This document shows, piece by piece, positions 49,847 through 58,422 of a stretch of DNA of 64,000 nt; position 1 is the stretch's first letter; the number at the start of each line of letters is the position of its first letter. The notes below the pieces were generated by a model. It was given only the letters and a program-made list of their open reading frames with translations. It was not told the DNA's origin and ran no database searches. The translations under genes were made by a program, and so were the position numbers. The stretch is from an uncultured archaeon (GTDB lineage: Archaea; Asgardarchaeota; Thorarchaeia; Thorarchaeales; Thorarchaeaceae): NCBI GenBank assembly GCA_964458565.1, contig CAYWJO010000013.1, positions 1 to 64,000 on the forward strand. Reading direction: 5' to 3'.

Positions 49847-50503
49847 GTGGTACAAGATGCAATTACCCCTTTGGGATATCACTATATCCGTTGTTTTTGG
49901 CGATTTGTTCACGACAAAGCATTTCCCGGCCCTACCAATTTGAGCGAATTCATCAAAAGATTACGGTGCATTGCACGTTTGACACGACATGATCTTGTCG
50001 AAAAGCTATACGGTCTAGATCGAGAAGGTAATCCACTGAATGAATTCTTTGAAAAATTAGTAGAGAACTATAAGACATTGCTTGAAACCATATTCGATAA
50101 ATATCCCATTCTAAAGAAAAGCGTAAATGGGAAACGGACTCCATTCATTCGATGTCTATGGCGATATATCCACATTCTTGCTTTTGGTGATCCGGAGATA
50201 GACCCGTTAAAACAGCTCGCTAAATTCAAATGTTATAGAAAAGTTCCGAAAATTCTAAGAGATATACCTAATTATCTCAGTTCTAAATCGTTTTATACAG
50301 TGGTTGACTGTTACATAAAAATCATCTTTGCTGTATTCCACGAGAATCCTGAACTAGGTGATCCGGGTGATATTGATTGGGGTGGAGACGACGAGTATGA
50401 TGGATTTGGACCTTGTATAATACATCAACCTCCCAACCCACCTGATTGTGATTACATTGGGAGAACGATACAGGGTTATTGCCCGACTCATTATCCACTA
50501 TAG
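49847..50503 (+). CDS. Hypothetical protein with an internal duplication and a Cys/His-rich tail
   Basis: Two IRCxWRxxHxxAF repeats. GAGGAG RBS precedes GTG 49847; ATG 49820 is the alternative start. Confidence 0.8.
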   Translation: MVQDAITPLGYHYIRCFWRFVHDKAFPGPTNLSEFIKRLRCIARLTRHDLVEKLYGLDREGNPLNEFFEKLVENYKTLLETIFDKYPILKKSVNGKRTPFIRCLWRYIHILAFGDPEIDPLKQLAKFKCYRKVPKILRDIPNYLSSKSFYTVVDCYIKIIFAVFHENPELGDPGDIDWGGDDEYDGFGPCIIHQPPNPPDCDYIGRTIQGYCPTHYPL

Positions 50504-50529
50504 AGTTCAATAAGACGGAGTATAATACG

Positions 50530-52011
50530 TTATACTCCTTCCAATCTTTTTATTATTCTCTCTAAGTAGTTTAGATTGTTTTCTTGAATTATCACACGAA
50601 GCTGTTTCAACACACCTTTGCCTTCATTATATTTCTCCTGAAACAGATACCATTGAGTTTTGTAAAACAAAGCTTGTCCCAAGATTCCAGGCAAGTCATT
50701 CGATTGTGCTCTCTCTTCCAACAATGTAAGCCATGGACCAAGCCCTTTGGAGGTGTCTGCGAATTGGCTTGACCCTGCAAGAAGAACTTCACTCTTCGCT
50801 AAATGATGCAAACAGATGTACTCGCTCATTAAAGTCCCCCTCCGATTGTAGATGTCCAATGCCTCTTCAAGACTTGCTTGTGCCTGAAGAAAGTTATTCT
50901 TCTCAAGTTCTATAATCCCATCAATAAGGTATAATGCAGCAAGATGTGACTCCAATCCTGACTTCAATATATTTTCCCGGACTTCATCTACCAACTCAGT
51001 CGCACCTGAAATATCCTGCATCAAACAAAGTGCCCAGGCTTGGTTAAGAATTGCTCTTGGTTTGTGTACCGGCTGAAATTCAACCTCTGCCATCTTTGCC
51101 CACTCAAGACCCGCCTCGGCATTTCCAATTGAATTGAAGAGTGTAGAGAGAGTTATGGCATATGGTCCTATTGGTTTACCCAAGCTCTGACGCAGTGTAA
51201 TATTTTCCAAGTTGTGTTCAATAGCTTGATCGTATTCTCCGCGAATTGCTTCAATTTTACTCAATTGAAAGATGGTATAGCTTAAACCATCTTTATCCCC
51301 CATAGATTTCAACATATCCAGTGATTGCAGGAGTAATTCTAGAGATGCTTTCAAATCAGATGATTGTATGTGTACTGCTTTGGTACGTAAAATTCGAGCT
51401 AATCTATTCTCATCGTTGTATTCCTCAGCAATTGATGCAGCACTTTCAATGTTTTGAATGAGTTCATCTGTATCGCCATCCCTTGATGCTCTTATGGCTA
51501 GCAAATCATGTAGTCTTGCCTCGTAAAAACGAAATTGAGAATTTGGTTTGAGTAATCCCATGATTCTATCTAATGTGGTGCTATCAAACAAACACTTAGG
51601 ATATACAAATGATTCCGCTTCGAATTTGATCAGGAGCATCTCTAGCTCTAACCACTTTGGAGGGTTACTCTTAAGCACTTCATCAACTGCTTCTCTTGTT
51701 TTCTCAATATCCGCTTCTCTACCTTGATACGCACTTGCAAAAAAGAGATGCGGCCGTATTATAGTCAGGTCCCCGTATTTCTGAGCAATTCTTTCTAAGC
51801 AATTGAAATCGGAAACAATCGAGGCATGATATGTAGCAAAATATGCAGTTAGCTCTGAGACCTCTTCATTACAGGCTTTGTGATTCAAGATTTGCACAAA
51901 ATCATAATAATTGTACGCCGCTTCCATGCAATTCTGAATATTCTCTTTAGTAACCGAGTCAATAAATGGAAAATACATTGTAATGGTACCGATTGGTTGG
52001 AACTCCTGCAC
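50530..52011 (-). CDS. TPR-repeat protein
   Basis: Helical repeats such as GEYDQAIEH, GNAEAGLEW, NNFLQAQASLEEAL. Confidence 0.85.
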   Translation of the reverse strand: MQEFQPIGTITMYFPFIDSVTKENIQNCMEAAYNYYDFVQILNHKACNEEVSELTAYFATYHASIVSDFNCLERIAQKYGDLTIIRPHLFFASAYQGREADIEKTREAVDEVLKSNPPKWLELEMLLIKFEAESFVYPKCLFDSTTLDRIMGLLKPNSQFRFYEARLHDLLAIRASRDGDTDELIQNIESAASIAEEYNDENRLARILRTKAVHIQSSDLKASLELLLQSLDMLKSMGDKDGLSYTIFQLSKIEAIRGEYDQAIEHNLENITLRQSLGKPIGPYAITLSTLFNSIGNAEAGLEWAKMAEVEFQPVHKPRAILNQAWALCLMQDISGATELVDEVRENILKSGLESHLAALYLIDGIIELEKNNFLQAQASLEEALDIYNRRGTLMSEYICLHHLAKSEVLLAGSSQFADTSKGLGPWLTLLEERAQSNDLPGILGQALFYKTQWYLFQEKYNEGKGVLKQLRVIIQENNLNYLERIIKRLEGV

Positions 52012-52181
52012 ACTCCAGTTCAGTGGGACGCCAATGAAATATAGTTCAATTGAGGAAAAAGAGTCTTTCGATAAGTGGATTGACCAAATTTTTTCTGTTA
52101 GTTCATGATAGCCTGGGATTTATCCTCCGTCCCAGATGCTCTACTTCTGATGAGGACCGGGTTTGTATTTTTTCTCTACGA

Positions 52182-52334
52182 TTACATTCTCTCCCTTTCT
52201 TCGTAACGCTCAAGGTATTCCCGAATTGCATCCCTCACAAACGAAGGGAATCCTTTCCATGAATTGTGCAAAGCTAATCTTTCATAGCGTGTTCGCAACT
52301 CTCGGGGAATTCGAACCATAATATCTTCACTCAT
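52182..52334 (-). CDS. 50-aa ribbon-helix-helix regulator, below the ORF-track cutoff
   Basis: Manual translation MSEDIMVRIPRELRTRYERLALHNSWKGFPSFVRDAIREYLERYEERERM*, with a GAGGCGA RBS-like sequence upstream. Confidence 0.8.
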   Translation of the reverse strand: MSEDIMVRIPRELRTRYERLALHNSWKGFPSFVRDAIREYLERYEERERM

Positions 52335-52354
52335 GATGAAATCGCCTCAGAGGG

Positions 52355-52416
52355 TAGTATACGATACGTATACATTAGTAGACATATTTATATACTTATC
52401 GTATACTAATGTATAC
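52355..52416. promoter_or_regulatory. GTATAC operator array flanking a TATA box
   Basis: Four GTATAC sites (52357, 52368, 52401, 52411). 12-bp IR 52355-66/52397-408, 13-bp IR 52368-80/52404-16, TTTATATA at 52387-94. Confidence 0.7.
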
Positions 52417-52471
52417 AATGTACAATGATTATTTGAATATCATCGTGCATGAAAATAGAAGGAAAAAAATA

Positions 52472-52849
52472 ATGTCTACAACAGAAGCAGCTCCTCTTGG
52501 AGTTTCTTTGCTAGCAATCTTGAATGTAATAGTCGGTATATTCGGCATCTTGAGTGGGATCACAATTGATTTCATTCTTGCAGGTGGCGAACTGACAATT
52601 GTTGGCTCTTATCAACTCGGAGCTTTGATAATTGGGATATTTCAGATTATTGCTGGTTATGGTCTCTGGACATTGAAATCTTGGGCGTGGTACTTGGCAG
52701 CTTTTGTGACTTTACTTGGTCTAGTCATCAACATTTTGATAGTGCTCTCTGAATTCGCATTATGGCAGACCTACTTACTTACAATGTTGATTCGTGTTGT
52801 AATCCTCGCATATCTGTTTAGGTCCTCGGTAAAGGCAAAGTTCAGGTAG
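52472..52849 (+). CDS. Small four-TM membrane protein
   Basis: PLGVSLLAIL, GYGLWTLKSWAW, YLFRSSVKAKF. Confidence 0.85.
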   Translation: MSTTEAAPLGVSLLAILNVIVGIFGILSGITIDFILAGGELTIVGSYQLGALIIGIFQIIAGYGLWTLKSWAWYLAAFVTLLGLVINILIVLSEFALWQTYLLTMLIRVVILAYLFRSSVKAKFR

Positions 52850-52862
52850 TAATATTGGAAAT

Positions 52863-52895
52863 GAGCCATCTGAAGGGTGGCTCTTGTTTTTCTTT
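52863..52895 (+). terminator. Hairpin plus T-tract terminator
   Basis: GAGCCATCT-gaa-GGGTGGCTC then TTGTTTTTCTTT. Confidence 0.65.
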
Positions 52896-52925
52896 GTTCT
52901 GTTTATTTCTCTGATTTGAAACGAG

Positions 52926-53504
52926 TCAAATCCCAACTATGTCGGCTTTAGACTTATCCCATCCAAATTTCTTAGCCTTCTTGAAAGCATCACTTGCATC
53001 TTCATAACGCCCTAATATCCACAGTACAATCCTCACTTGGTTCCAGTAGTTCGGATCTTTTTTTCTAGTTTCCATCTGACTTCGAAGCCCAACCTCAATG
53101 CGTTCATACCTTTGAATTTCTCTCTCGTCAATGGTCTTGGCAGCTTTCAAGACACCACGAATATACTCTCCTGGTCTATGGAACACATATGATTGAAATT
53201 CAATAGGAGTGTCTTTTAGAAATGAACTCAATGTTGCATTTGGTGTGTCTGCCTCGCGTCGTATATCCCCTTCAAGTAACCGTCTTTCATAATCTGTTTG
53301 CATGAAGCTAAGCAGTTCGTTTATTTGTGCAACGACTTCGTCATCATCACCATAGGTTTTCCTTGCTTCTTGCCATTCAGAGTATAGAACTTCTGATCCG
53401 ATTGTATAGAGTGCGGTAGGAGTGAGCCTAAGTTTTTTGACATCACTAAGAAATGTCTTAACGGTGTAGGTGTCTCTCCTGGTCAACTTCACATCCTTTG
53501 TCAT
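52926..53504 (-). CDS. Hypothetical protein with a C-terminal TPR motif
   Basis: DPNYWNQVRIVLWILGRYEDASDAFKKA. Confidence 0.75.
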   Translation of the reverse strand: MTKDVKLTRRDTYTVKTFLSDVKKLRLTPTALYTIGSEVLYSEWQEARKTYGDDDEVVAQINELLSFMQTDYERRLLEGDIRREADTPNATLSSFLKDTPIEFQSYVFHRPGEYIRGVLKAAKTIDEREIQRYERIEVGLRSQMETRKKDPNYWNQVRIVLWILGRYEDASDAFKKAKKFGWDKSKADIVGI

Positions 53505-53739
53505 AATATATTCCCTTCAATTGTAGTGAATAAATAGATCTCCAAACAATATACGCTATAGAAGTAATTAGTGTTTTCTACCAATTTCAATCCTGCGGAA
53601 CATTCCGTCATCTCATCAATTTAAGTTTTTCAAGCAAACCAAAGGTCGTATCATTGGTTGGCATAACAAACGCTTTTGGAAATATTTATAACATGACTTT
53701 ATCTCAGGCACGACTATCAATTCTGGAGTCGTTAGATAA

Positions 53740-56700
53740 ATGACAAGCAGACACACCGAAGGTAAGGTACGAGACTTTGAGATGACAATAGAGGATGCTG
53801 CTCGTCTAGCTGAGTGTTTCAACTCATTTGATGATAGCGACTCATGGCCGGGCGGCTTTACCCAAGGAAATCCATACACAGCTCAGAGAATCTTCGATGA
53901 CCTTAGTAAAAGAAAGAATCTCCGGATAATCGTAGCAGTTGCAGATGATAAGATAGTGGGGCACTGTAATCTTGCATACCCCGAACGAGACCCCGAGTCT
54001 TCATACGTAGGGTTACTCGGTGTTAATCCGAACTATCAGGGGCAGGGTTATGGAAAAGCGCTCTTAATCGAGGCAGCAGAAACTGCGGCTCAATTTGACA
54101 AGAGACGTGTTGACCTACACACCTGGGGTGGGAACCTCAAAGCGGTCCCGCTCTATAAGAGAACCGGATACAATTGGGTTCCAGCAACGCGTGTGTTGAT
54201 GGAATCGCATATCCCAGGAATCATCGGATGTCCACTATTCAAGGAATTCTTCGAACGCCATTACTGGTACGATGTGTTCAAGCCTGATGTAAAACAAGAA
54301 ATGGATGACATTGTAGATGATGGCATTGGCGTCTTCAAGTATCCCTTTGAGGCTGATAATGGGGATTCTCTTGAAGTTACTGTGGATCGAGAGGCTAAAG
54401 GCATCTGCGGTTTTGTGTTGACTATGGATGGAAAGACTATTTCAGCAGATGTTAGACCGGAAAGTCACAAAGGCCACATTGGATTTGGAAAGGTGCCTGC
54501 AAAGCTTGTAATTCAAAATCAGAGTGATGAACCACTAGCCTACTCTGTTTTGATTTCGCCTGATGATAGCCTTGCAGTAGATATTGTAAGTCCCACTTCA
54601 GGTACAATCGAAGTTGGAAAAATTGTAGAGATTAAAGCTGATTATGAAATCCTCCCAAAAACTGATCATCTGGATAGGGAATCAATAGCCGACATCAAAA
54701 TAGACACTCAAGCAGAATGGTCACTAACACTTGGTGGGAAATCAATCAATCTCTATGCTGGGATTATCCCTAATGAAGCAATTTCATTAACAATGGGTCC
54801 AAAACAGACAAGTTTTGGAATCAATGAATCCAAGAGCATTATCCTATCTCTGAAGAATAATACTGAACGTAAACTTGAGGGCAAATTGGTACTCACTCCA
54901 AAGTCCTCAACTGAACCTGAAAATAGAGTCATGGATTTCTCTATTCCTGAAAATCGAGATAGTCACATTCCATTGACTATAAAATCTGATAATATTGATA
55001 ACAGTTCCTTAATCTCATTCGAAGTTTCAATCTATGTGAGTGATGATGGTCGTGATGTGCTAGTAAACAATCGATCATTGAATTTGAGTGTAATTGGTTC
55101 AACTGGTGCACTCGTCTACGAGGATTTGGATAATCATTACATCTTGGAAACCGAGTCGTTCTTAGTCCGAATTATGAAGATTCCACCAATGGTGGTTGAT
55201 AAAATTATTCACAAAGTATCTGGCAACCAATATGGAGGATGGGCGTTGATGCCCCATATTGGCTATCCATTTACAAGTGGAGGGTCCGAGTGGGACCGAA
55301 AGCGATTTGATGTAACATTGAGGAATGAAGGTGAATTTGCTGAGATTGAACTTGCAGCTGACTCAATAGAACGTCCGGGTATGAGGTTTTCTATCATGTT
55401 TCGAGCATATGCGGGACGCGAATATATGACCTATTCAACGCGATTCACAAATCTTGGTACAACAACTTTGAAAGATATGGGTATCAGAGTTGGTGGATGG
55501 ATGGCCTTCTATTTTGATCAGATGCACATCCCGTTAAATAATGAAATATACCGACTTAATTCGTGTGATTGGCATGGATACAGGCAAATTCCCAAGTCAC
55601 CTGAATATTATCATGAGGGATGGAGTGCAATGACTCAAGCTGATGGTAGTATGTGTATTGGTTACATCTGGAATCAGGAATGTCTAAAGGAAATCATTCC
55701 AAAGCGGTCTTGGGGAATCTCCACCTTCGAGTATACGCTACCCGATCTTGCTCCAGGTGATATCCACGAACAGAAAATATTCAACCTTATGATAGGTCAT
55801 GGTGATTGGAAGAAGGTGCATGCATTGTGGGCGAGATTGAATGGGCTCTCTCTCGATAACGAAGAACCGAGAGATATCCGTTCTGATTTAGAAATGGAAC
55901 TTGTTCGCGCAAAAGACCGAGATGGAACAATCCTTGGGTCGCCTGTCTTGCTTGACCGAAGTACTGAAAATGAACTTGAAGTTCGAGTACGAGTCCTTTC
56001 CGAAGAACCGATGTCTGGTGATATAGTGCTGAGGTTGCCAAATGGTCTAACCTCAGAAGGCAGTAAAGAGATTCAAATCAAGGCAGAGGACATATCCATC
56101 AAATCGTCTTTCAAGAAGCCAATTATGGTTACAGTTGAGGCTACAGACGATTGGATTCTCACAGGTGGTGAGATGAAGTTTATTGGTGGTAGTAGGATCG
56201 ACACAATTCCCATTACAGCTATATTATACGATTCCAAGGTAGATGTTGAGAAGCAGACTGAACCTATCCAAGGTTTGGAATTACGCACTCTCATAAGTGG
56301 TAGATCTAGAATTGCAGTTTCTGCTGACTACGCAGGCACTCTTACTAAATTTGGACCTGTTGGGGAAGAGAGCTACTTCTATGATACTTTCCCGGAAGCC
56401 AAACCGTATATCTGGTGGGATAAGCACTACAGTGGAGTAATGCCTGTAATCTGGTCTACAGATGTCTGGGACTGGGAATCGGGTCTCTCCAAAGAGAAAT
56501 GGTCTATGCAAGAAACCACTTCTGGGAACTGGAAGGGATATGAGTTAAGATCAACTCTTGAACATTCGATAAAGCTTCAAGGTGTCGAAACAATAGTTCG
56601 TTTCTTGCAGTTAAACGATGCTCCTGCAGTTTATTCTGAAATAAGAGCAGTAAACAAGACACCACAGTGGAAGGAGTTGTATCTCGGATTTAGGGGATCA

Positions 56701-57045
56701 CCACGTCTGAACGGAAAATCACAGAGTTGGATTCACAGTATAGCAAATGGTACGCCTGTTGATTACCAACCTACAGACAGTGAAGCTGATGTTCGTGTCA
56801 GTCCAGATGCTGGGTGGGCAGCCTTTAGAGAACCCGAAAGCGGAATGGTGTTGGGAGTTGTTTCGACCTGTCATTCTGGGTTGGGTATCTCTGCTGACAA
56901 TCTAGGTGCCAATGCGCAAATGATTTGGGTAAGAGAGCGAAGATTGATACCTCCTAATGCGGAAACCAGGCTCTCATGTTACTACCTTGCAGCCCCCTCT
57001 GTAGAAAGCGTGCGCTATTCAAGAGGGCTTCCAGCTTTGGACTAA
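53740..57045 (+). CDS. Large protein with an N-terminal GNAT acetyltransferase domain
   Basis: LGVNPNYQGQGYGKALL, NLKAVPLYKRTGY, followed by about 900 aa of beta-rich sequence. Confidence 0.85.
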   Translation: MTSRHTEGKVRDFEMTIEDAARLAECFNSFDDSDSWPGGFTQGNPYTAQRIFDDLSKRKNLRIIVAVADDKIVGHCNLAYPERDPESSYVGLLGVNPNYQGQGYGKALLIEAAETAAQFDKRRVDLHTWGGNLKAVPLYKRTGYNWVPATRVLMESHIPGIIGCPLFKEFFERHYWYDVFKPDVKQEMDDIVDDGIGVFKYPFEADNGDSLEVTVDREAKGICGFVLTMDGKTISADVRPESHKGHIGFGKVPAKLVIQNQSDEPLAYSVLISPDDSLAVDIVSPTSGTIEVGKIVEIKADYEILPKTDHLDRESIADIKIDTQAEWSLTLGGKSINLYAGIIPNEAISLTMGPKQTSFGINESKSIILSLKNNTERKLEGKLVLTPKSSTEPENRVMDFSIPENRDSHIPLTIKSDNIDNSSLISFEVSIYVSDDGRDVLVNNRSLNLSVIGSTGALVYEDLDNHYILETESFLVRIMKIPPMVVDKIIHKVSGNQYGGWALMPHIGYPFTSGGSEWDRKRFDVTLRNEGEFAEIELAADSIERPGMRFSIMFRAYAGREYMTYSTRFTNLGTTTLKDMGIRVGGWMAFYFDQMHIPLNNEIYRLNSCDWHGYRQIPKSPEYYHEGWSAMTQADGSMCIGYIWNQECLKEIIPKRSWGISTFEYTLPDLAPGDIHEQKIFNLMIGHGDWKKVHALWARLNGLSLDNEEPRDIRSDLEMELVRAKDRDGTILGSPVLLDRSTENELEVRVRVLSEEPMSGDIVLRLPNGLTSEGSKEIQIKAEDISIKSSFKKPIMVTVEATDDWILTGGEMKFIGGSRIDTIPITAILYDSKVDVEKQTEPIQGLELRTLISGRSRIAVSADYAGTLTKFGPVGEESYFYDTFPEAKPYIWWDKHYSGVMPVIWSTDVWDWESGLSKEKWSMQETTSGNWKGYELRSTLEHSIKLQGVETIVRFLQLNDAPAVYSEIRAVNKTPQWKELYLGFRGSPRLNGKSQSWIHSIANGTPVDYQPTDSEADVRVSPDAGWAAFREPESGMVLGVVSTCHSGLGISADNLGANAQMIWVRERRLIPPNAETRLSCYYLAAPSVESVRYSRGLPALD

Positions 57046-57067
57046 TTGAAAATGTAGGGATGCAATG

Positions 57068-58324
57068 TTACCCAAGTCGTTTGGTTCTAGCATTGCATTC
57101 AGCAGCTTTTGTTACGTCTCCCATCTCATCGTACAGCCCTGCTGCTACTTGCCACGTTCGCTTTGCTTCAGCTTTTCTATCTAGTTTTTCTAGAATCAGA
57201 GCTCGATAATAGAGATGATTTGGATTGCCTGGGTCTGTTGAAAACGCTTTATCAAAATCGTCTAGGGCGTCCTCATATCTCTCGAGTGAAAAATAGAGTC
57301 TTCCGCGTCGGTGAGCTACCTCCGCATTTCCTGGGTCAAGTGCTAATGCGGTATTGAAGTATTCAAGAGCTGTGTCTTGCTCATTCATGAGGAGCATTAC
57401 TCCTCCACATTTTACCCATGCTTCAATATTCTCTGGGTCCGCATTGATTGCTTTGTGATATGCATCAGAAGCTTCCTTGTACGATTTCATTACCCTGTGT
57501 GTATCACCTTTTCTAATCCAGAGTACAGGGTCTTCCCCTCTGAGCGTAACCGCGATTTCAAAATGATTGAGGGCATCAATATACAAGGATGCTTTGTAAT
57601 AAATGTCCCCAAGCAGTTGATGGGCATAGGGTTGTTCAGAATCAATCTGTAATAGTGTTTCCAACGCATGTATTGCCAGATCTTGCTGACCTAGCTTCAT
57701 GTGAAGTCTTCCAAGTTCCATCATAGCAGGTACGAAACGCTGATTCACTGAAAGTGAGTTTTGAACCCATGATATCGCTCCTCTAAGGTTACCCTGAGCT
57801 TCAAAATAAAGTCCCTTGACAAGAAGCGCTCGTTCATAGTTTGGTCGAATTCTTAGTGCTTCCTCAACATTTTTCCAACAATTGTCCAGATTTCCAAGTT
57901 TTAATTCAGCTCTAGAAAGATATGTTAATGCATCCACATTATCAGATTCTATAGCCAATGCACTACCAAAACAAGATATCGCATCCTTCGGCTCTCCCCC
58001 TAGCAGGTATGCGAGACCCATGTGAACCCAACCTGCTACTTGATCACTGTCAAGACCAAGTGTAATCTCGTAGAGTATGATTGAACGACCATAGCTGCTC
58101 TCACTCAGGTGGATGTTTGCCAGACGGAGTATCAGCTCAGGAACTCTTGGATCGTGCTTGAGGACTTCAAGTCCTCTTTGTAGTTCAACCTCTAACTGTT
58201 CAAGCTCTCTCCTCTCTCTCGACTTGAGTGTAGCAGGATGGATGTCTTCAGGACGTATCTCATCCTTAACACCTACCGAATCGAGCTTGGATAAGATTGC
58301 TGTCAGGAGTTCCTCTTTCTCCAT
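57068..58324 (-). CDS. TPR-repeat protein (about 10 repeats)
   Basis: Canonical 34-aa TPRs (AW..G......A...F..AL.LDP). Confidence 0.92.
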   Translation of the reverse strand: MEKEELLTAILSKLDSVGVKDEIRPEDIHPATLKSRERRELEQLEVELQRGLEVLKHDPRVPELILRLANIHLSESSYGRSIILYEITLGLDSDQVAGWVHMGLAYLLGGEPKDAISCFGSALAIESDNVDALTYLSRAELKLGNLDNCWKNVEEALRIRPNYERALLVKGLYFEAQGNLRGAISWVQNSLSVNQRFVPAMMELGRLHMKLGQQDLAIHALETLLQIDSEQPYAHQLLGDIYYKASLYIDALNHFEIAVTLRGEDPVLWIRKGDTHRVMKSYKEASDAYHKAINADPENIEAWVKCGGVMLLMNEQDTALEYFNTALALDPGNAEVAHRRGRLYFSLERYEDALDDFDKAFSTDPGNPNHLYYRALILEKLDRKAEAKRTWQVAAGLYDEMGDVTKAAECNARTKRLG

Positions 58325-58422
58325 CTTACTCTAAACCATTGTATTGTTAGAAAAAAGTCCTCATTTTCTCTTAAGAATATTAGCGAAGGGGGATTTTACG
58401 GCAGGTTCACTGGATAATCCCC

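Noticed and set aside
52050-52262. 70-aa plus-strand ORF
   Set aside because: It overlaps the better-supported minus-strand RHH gene and has no RBS or motif.
52287-52320. GGTTCGAAT on the minus strand, resembling a tRNA T-loop
   Set aside because: The flanks do not form a T-stem or cloverleaf, and the sequence lies inside the small RHH gene.
42466-52416. The module as a mobile element
   Set aside because: No integrase, transposase, tRNA site or flanking direct repeats were seen.
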